From Azolla caroliniana (lineage: Eukaryota; Plantae; Polypodiophyta), in NCBI GenBank assembly GCA_043228905.1, contig JBHGNT010000022.1:5456001-5520000 (forward strand): a DNA stretch of 64,000 nucleotides, read 5' to 3'. A model generated the notes under the pieces. It ran no database searches and was not told where the DNA came from. It was given only the letters and a program-made list of their open reading frames with translations. A program made the position numbers and the translations under genes. Shown here piece after piece: positions 57,401 to 64,000 of the stretch (position 1 is its first letter; each line of letters opens with the position of its first letter).

Positions 57401-59784
57401 ACAGTACTCCGCGAACTGCCCCCGGTATTCCCCTCCGTTATCTGCTCGTATCGCTTTCAGCTTCTTGCCGGATTCCCTTTCCACTCTCGCGTGGAGTTCT
57501 TTGAAGACGCACAACACTTGGTCCTTTGTCTTCAACGGTGCCGTCCACAGCTTCCGGCTGTGATCATCAATGAATGTTACGAAGTATTGGGCTCCGCCAT
57601 GTGACTTCGTTTCTACCTGACACACATCAGTGTGCACCAACTCCAATGGTGCGCTACGTCTCGTCGGTGGCCTTGAGTGGAAGGAGGTTCGGTTCTGCTT
57701 ACCGGCCAGGCAATCGGTGCACTTCTCCAGGTGCACATGCTTCACTGGAATAAGGTTGTCTTCTGCAAGCCTCTTCATCCCCTTCTCACTCATGTGGCAC
57801 AGTCTCTTGTGCCACAGCTCACCGACAGTGTCAGCTGCCACGTTCAGCTCCTCCGGACATAGCCGGGAATTCATCAGGTACAGTGTGTTGACCTTCCGGG
57901 CCCGAGCCACTATCAGGCTCCCTTTGCTGAACTTCATGACACCGTTCCGGATGCTACCCGTGTAGCCTTCATCGTCTAGCCTCCCGGCCGAAATCAGGTT
58001 CAATCGAACCTCCGGAACGTGTCGAACATCCTTCAGCAGCATCTTGCATCCGGTTGATGTCATTAGCCACACGTCTCCTATGCCGGCAATCCGGCATGTA
58101 CCTTCATTTCCCATCCGGACACAGCCGTGCTCACCGGCTGTGTAGGATGAGAAGTATTTCTTCTCCGGGGTCAGGTGGAACGACGCTCCGGAATCGACCA
58201 CCCAGGTCATCTCTTCACCGGCAAGGTTCAACTCCCTCTCTTCGGTAATGAGCATTATCTCTTCTTCACTTGCCGCGAGTGCCGTCGTTCCTTTCCGGTC
58301 CTGCCCTCGCCGATCCGGACCTCTCCGGTCCGTGGCTCCCCGGTATGCACCGTTTCTCTCCGGTGACTTCTTCGAATCGGTGTCGTCGGCTCCGTTGTCC
58401 TTTCGGTAATGCCGACAATTCTTCCGGAAGTGCCCCGGCTTCCCACAGTGGAAGCATGTGGGTCTTCCTCTTGACTGCGACCGGGTCCCCGACTTCTCCC
58501 GTCTTTGCGGACTCCGGTTCCATTGTCTTCCCCGTTCCGATTCGGTAAGCAGCGCCTTCGAGTCGGAGGCCGGTTCTTTATCTCTCCGACGCGCTTCTTC
58601 GTTCAAAATACTTGTCTTTACCGTTTGTAGGGACAAGTTATCTTCCGTGCAGGAGGTGCTGAGAGTCACCACCAAGTTCTCCCAGCTTTTCGGCAATGTA
58701 CACATCAGAATGATGGCTTGCATTGCATCCTCCAGCGGGAACTTGATCGCCGCAAGCTGGTTCACGAATCCCATGAACGTGCTTACGTGTTCCACCATAC
58801 TCTCGCTGTCCCGGTACTTGAGGTTCACTATCTTCCTCATCAGGGAGGTCCGGTTCAACGCATTCTTCCTCTCGTAGAGGCCCGACAGCTTCCGCCACAT
58901 CTCATATGCGTTGATGTCGTTCGCCACATGTTGTAGAACGCTCACGTCGACGTATTGCCGAATGGTTGCAACGGCTTTCCAGTTCAGAAGCCTCCATTCC
59001 GACTCAAGTACCCCCTTCGGTATTTCCGACCTGTCAATCGGTTCGTACAGGTCCCGAACAATCAGAAGATCCTCCATCTTGATCTTCCAGTCGGCGTAAT
59101 TCTGCGCATTCAGCACCATCATCCCCGGCTGCCCGCTGCCGCCTTCCATTTTCTGCAGCAGCTCGCTCTGATACCAAATTGATGGAAATAATCGACACTT
59201 TCCAAACTTCACCTCTTGGCCACAACCAAGGAAACACACGAATCGTTGTTGCAGAAAATGGGTAATGCAAAAGTAAATAAGTGGACACACGATTTAACGT
59301 GGAAAACCCTGTACGGGAAAAAACCACGGGAGTACAAGACTCCGAACCAAAACTATGCACAGAGAAATATACAATGGCGAGCTGCAAGGCGACGACCTTG
59401 AGCTCGCTATCCTCGCCACAGGCGGCGGAATTACACAGAGGCGTCGACCTCTTCGTCTCTCACGCTCTATCTCTCTCACGGTTGCTCTCTCTTCACTCCT
59501 CTTGAGTGGAAAAACAGAAAAATGAGTAGCAACATCAAAACTGTTTGCCCTAAGTCATATTTATACACATATGACTTTAGGGCTATTTACAACTATAGCC
59601 TCAAGGGCCCTTGGCAAACATATTCACAGATATGTCCCCGCATCCGGATCTCTCTCCGGGTACATTCGTCGTCCGGCTCCGAAGTCGGGGTCTTCATCAT
59701 CCGGTTCCGAAACCGCAACCGGGCTTGTCGTCATTCATCTCCGGACATCCGACCATCCCATCCGGAGGGACCGTAATCCCAACA
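54463..59784 (-). mobile_element. Ty1/copia family A copy 3, full length
   Basis: LTRs 54463-55068 and 59180-59784 with ~7 substitutions and 1 indel; iMet PBS; PPT; flanks attat/atata are not a perfect TSD. Confidence 0.96.
55079..59149 (-). pseudogene. Copia gag-pol with one premature stop (TAC>TAG at 56456-56458)
   Basis: Two same-frame ORFs collinear with the intact copy 1; ATG at 59149. Confidence 0.95.
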
Positions 59785-59939
59785 ATATACACACAAATAT
59801 ACAAATGCATATATACATACCAAACACAAAAAATATACATGCATGAATAAATTACATATTGTATATATCCACATACACATACATACATAAGATTACATAT
59901 TATATGTATTATAAATCTACATACATACAAACAAGTTAC

Positions 59940-59979
<40 letters not shown>

Positions 59980-60464
59980 AATAAATTAGATACTACATAT
60001 CATATAATCCATTCATATTACAGAATATACAAATTTACATACACATACATACATACATAGATATATTACATATGTACATACATATTCCACATATCACCAT
60101 ATATATAGGTTATACGAAACCATAGAAACTATAGTACTTACATATATACACATACATACACACACATTAGATATATGTATACTTACACATACATTGGATA
60201 TATACATATTACTACGTACATATTACAAACACACATCCATAAACGAGCCATACACATAGTAAACATGAAAATATCCCGAAAATATATATACATAAATACA
60301 TTTCATGTATACACATACATATCACCACATACACACACATACATATACACATGGTCATACACACTACAATACATATATACAAACACATACATACATATTA
60401 TGCACATCTTACAAACACACATACAAACACATTGACATGTAAATATATGCATACACATACATAC
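59785..60464. repeat. ~680-bp CA/TA-rich low-complexity tract including a (CA)n microsatellite
   Basis: Seen directly; almost no G on the + strand. Confidence 0.9.
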
Positions 60465-60934
60465 TGTTGAGGATACTACTGCCCACAACCGGTTGATACA
60501 CATCCATATGCGGGTGTAAGATTGAACCGATAGAAAACATTGAAGAACAAAAACAAAAGTACAGAGACACAAGTATTTTACGTGGAAAACCCAGAAAGGA
60601 AAAAACCATGGGAATCCACAGACTCTGAACTATATCACTATAGTAGGAGGAATATACACAGGAGACTCTAAGGCAAGAACCTTGAGCTCCTCTTCGTCAG
60701 AGGACGATTACAATAGAGTTACAACTCTTACTCACTCTCTCTCCTAAACACTTAGTTACAGAGGCCACTACCAATTATAACTTTTCCTCACCATAATGAC
60801 TTGCCCTAGTTGTATTTATACTAATACACATTTAGGGCAATTTACAATTCCAGCCCAAAATAGGCACGATAAAACCTATTTACAAATATGGTCATTTCCA
60901 TATACTTCATCTGGAACCAATCTGGATCTAGTCT
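60465..60934 (-). repeat. Partial LTR related to family A
   Basis: Shares ccacaaccg, acgtggaaaaccc...gaaaaacca and ttgcccta motifs with the family A LTRs. Confidence 0.75.
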
Positions 60935-62013
60935 TGAAGAGAAATGCATGGAATATCGCTCGACCACAACCGAGTAGTAAGTCACTTCTATAAGAATCAA
61001 ACACAGAAATGGGAAGTGGGGAGTACACAAGAAAAATGACACAGGATGTTTACGTGGAAAACCCTAATAGGGAAAAACCACGGGATCCCACAGACTCCGA
61101 ACTATCACTATGAAGAGAAGGGGTACAATTAGAGACTCAGAGGCAACGACCTCGAGCTCTGTTTCTTCGCACAATGGCGGTTACAACAGAGTATCACTCT
61201 GTATCTCTCTCTCTCTCTCTCTCTCTCTCCCTCTCACTCTGTACAACAGTTACAACAATATGACAACAACACAATCATCACACTAAAGTGATTGCCCGAA
61301 GTCATATTTATAGTTATATGAACTTACAGCTATTTACAAAAATAGCCTCAATGGGCTTATTCAAGACATTTTTACAAATCTGTCTTCTCTTCCGGTTCTC
61401 ACCGGGTCTTCTTTATTTATCACCGGATCCATCTGGAGAGACCGATTTCCCAACAAGTCTTTCTTCTTCCTCAGATCCGACTGATCCGGCTCATCCTCAC
61501 TTCCCATTTGGAGGGACTTGTTTCCTAACAAACTCTCCATTCACTCTAGCATGGGATGCTTTGTCAATCTGACCCGTCTCTAGCACGAGTCCAACTTCTT
61601 TTCCGACAACATCTTCGTCAACATGTCTAATCCATTCTCCGTTGTGTGGATCTTGATCAAAGAAAAATCCTTTTCTTCTACCCTCTCCGGGAGCCAATAG
61701 TATCTCCTATGGATGTGATTGGTCCTCGAGTGGTAGGCGACATTCTTCGCAAGGTGGATGACACTTTGGTTGTCATAGTAGAGTCAAAATTCCTCTTGCC
61801 AAATTCCCAGCTCTCCGATGAACTCCTTCATCTAGATGATCTCCTTACTTGCTTCAACAGTACTCCACTTTTGTGGTCGATATGGCCACACCCTTCTACA
61901 ACCTCAATTGCCACGAGACGACCCCACATGCATATGTCATTACATATCCAAACGTGGACCGGTTGGTATCCACATCAGCCAACATGTTCGAATCAGTAAA
62001 ACCTTCTCATATG
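60935..62013 (-). mobile_element. Family-A-related copia 3' end: LTR ~60935-61530, PPT and decayed RNase H
   Basis: LTR motifs as above, ending tttcctaaca; RNase H-like sequence follows until interrupted by the next LTR. Confidence 0.8.
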
Positions 62014-64000
62014 TGACAGGAATACACGTTCCCGATGAACAACGCTCGGCCACAACCGAGCCTAGGATCAAACACAGAAAACGGGTAATGAACGCACGAC
62101 ACAGTGAAGAGAAGAGTACACAGGATGTTAACGTGGAAAACCCAAACTAGGGAAAAACCACGACAGCCCACAGACTGCAAACTATCACTATATCACAATG
62201 TACAATAGTAAAGCACCAAGGCAACGACCTCGGGCTTGCTATCTACGCCACAGGTGGTGGTTACAACAGAGGCAACGACCTCTTCCTCTCTCTCTCTCTC
62301 TCTGTACACAGTTACGTGCTCAAATCTTGCACCAACAAGAATGACAACTACTCAACACAAAGTTTGCCCTAAGTCATATTTATATTAGTATGACATTTTG
62401 GCTATTTACAAATATAGCCCCAATGGACTCTCAGAAGCATATTTACGAATATGTCCCTTCATCCGGTGAGCACTTCTCACCGGGCCTTCCCCATCCGGCT
62501 CTTGCCGGACACTCGTCATCTGGTTCTCACCAGGCCTTCCTTACCGGGTACTCCACATTCGGTTCTCACCGGTTCTTCTGTTGCCGGGTACTCGTCATCC
62601 AGTTCTCACTGGGTCTTCCGTTGCCGGGTACTCCACTTCCGGTTCTCACTGGGTCTTCCGTTGCCGGGTACTCCACATCCAGTTTCTCACTGTTCTTCTC
62701 ACTTCCCATCCGGAGGGACCTGTTTCCTAACAAACACCCCCTTCACTCCTGCATGGGATGTCTTACTAGTCCGACCCGCTTCCGACATGCATCCAGCTTG
62801 TCAAGTATCAGTGTTTTGGTCAACATATCTGACCCATTCTCGGTCGTGTGGATCTTCATCAGCGCGAACTCTCGATCTTCTACTCGCTCTCGGATCCAGT
62901 GATACCTACGCTGGATGTGCTTTGTCCTAGAGTGATATGTTGCGTTCTTAGCAAGGTGGATCACACTTTGACTGTCACAATAGAGCCGGTATTCATCTTG
63001 CCAGATACTGAGCTCTCCGATGAAGTCCTTCATCCATAGTATTTCCTTGCCGGCTTCCACAACCGCCATGTACTCCGCTTCCGTGGTTGACAACGCAACC
63101 GTCTTCTGCAGCCTCGATTGCCACGAAACGTCTCCCCTGGCATATGTCATTACATACCCGGATGTAGACCGTCTGGTATCCACATCAGCCGACATGTTCG
63201 AATAGGTAAAACCGTCAAGTTGAGGTTTACCGGAGCCGAATCGGAGACACATATCGAAAGTTCCCTTCAAGTACCGGAGTATCCATTTGACCGCGTTCCA
63301 GTGCTCCTTGTCGGGATTGCTCATAAACTGGCTGACCACTCTGATTGCATATCCTATATCCGGTCGGGTACACACCATTGCGTACATTAAGCTCTTGATG
63401 GCAAAGGCATATGGAACCTTCATCATATCACCCTTCTCTGCTTTCGTCTTCGGGCTTTGCTTACTGGATAATCTACAGTTTGCCGGGAGTGTCGATCCGA
63501 CTGATTTCGCTTCTAACATGTTGAACCGTTGAAGCACCTTTGTCACGTATTTCTCATGTGATAGCCACAATTGCTTCGTTGGCCAGTTCCGGATGATATG
63601 CATCCCCAGTGTTTGTCTTGCCGGACCCAAGTCTTTCATCGCGAAAGTTCAGTTGAGAGCCTTCTTCAGCATCCGTATTCTGGCTTGGTTCCATCCGACG
63701 ATCAACATGTCGTCCACGTACAGAAGGAGTATCAGGAAGTCGCCTCCTTCGAACTTCTTCACAAATATGCAGTGATCGGCCTGCGTCTTGTGGTACCCTT
63801 GATCAGTCATGAAGGAGTCGAACTTCCGGTACCATTGTGGGGGAGCCTGCTTCACTCCGTACAAGCTCTTCTTCAACCAGCAAACCAGGTGCTCCTTCCA
63901 TTTCTCCACGAATCCTTCCGGTTGCTGCATGTAGATCATCTCTTCGAGGTCACCGTGAAGGAATGTCGTCTTCACGTCCAATTGCTCTACCTCGAGGTCC
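62014..64000 (-). mobile_element. Family-A-related copia 3' part: LTR ~62014-62732 (with ~38-bp tandem U3 repeats) and RT/RNase H 62743-64000, continuing past the window
   Basis: MDVKTTFLHG, LLLYVDDML, MKDLGPARQ, HSRTKHIQRRYHW; one stop at ~63649; PPT complement acccccttc. Confidence 0.92.

Noticed and set aside
59697-60609. Cys/Val/Tyr- or His/Thr-rich ORFs
   Set aside because: These are translations of the CA/TA low-complexity tract.

Overview
This is eukaryotic nuclear DNA from a land plant (possibly a seed-free plant, a weak inference from the retroelement types). It is almost entirely nested retrotransposons around one small 4-exon host gene (19704-22599, 'RPL18a-like' Cys-rich membrane protein, 145 aa). 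It holds three young copies of one compact Ty1/copia family ('A': 6235-11557 with an intact ORF; 30562-35878 and 54463-59784 with one stop each) and several decayed copies of a second copia family ('B'). It also holds a full-length non-chromovirus Ty3/gypsy element (4634-18607), a chromovirus-like gag+LTR remnant, another gypsy integrase, and L1-like LINE remnants. The most unusual signal is in the 4634-18607 element: it has no polypurine tract, and an inverted tRNA-Arg-type primer-binding-site-like sequence sits 2 nt before the 3' LTR. Its internal region is therefore bracketed by two inward-facing PBS-like sites, and it also carries an extra coiled-coil ORF after integrase. Other findings include a Tf1-style self-priming signature, copia-type U3 sequence at a gypsy LTR position, a C-terminal pol extension in family B, and mosaicism among family A copies. 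All alignments and mismatch counts were done by eye and no database searches were run.
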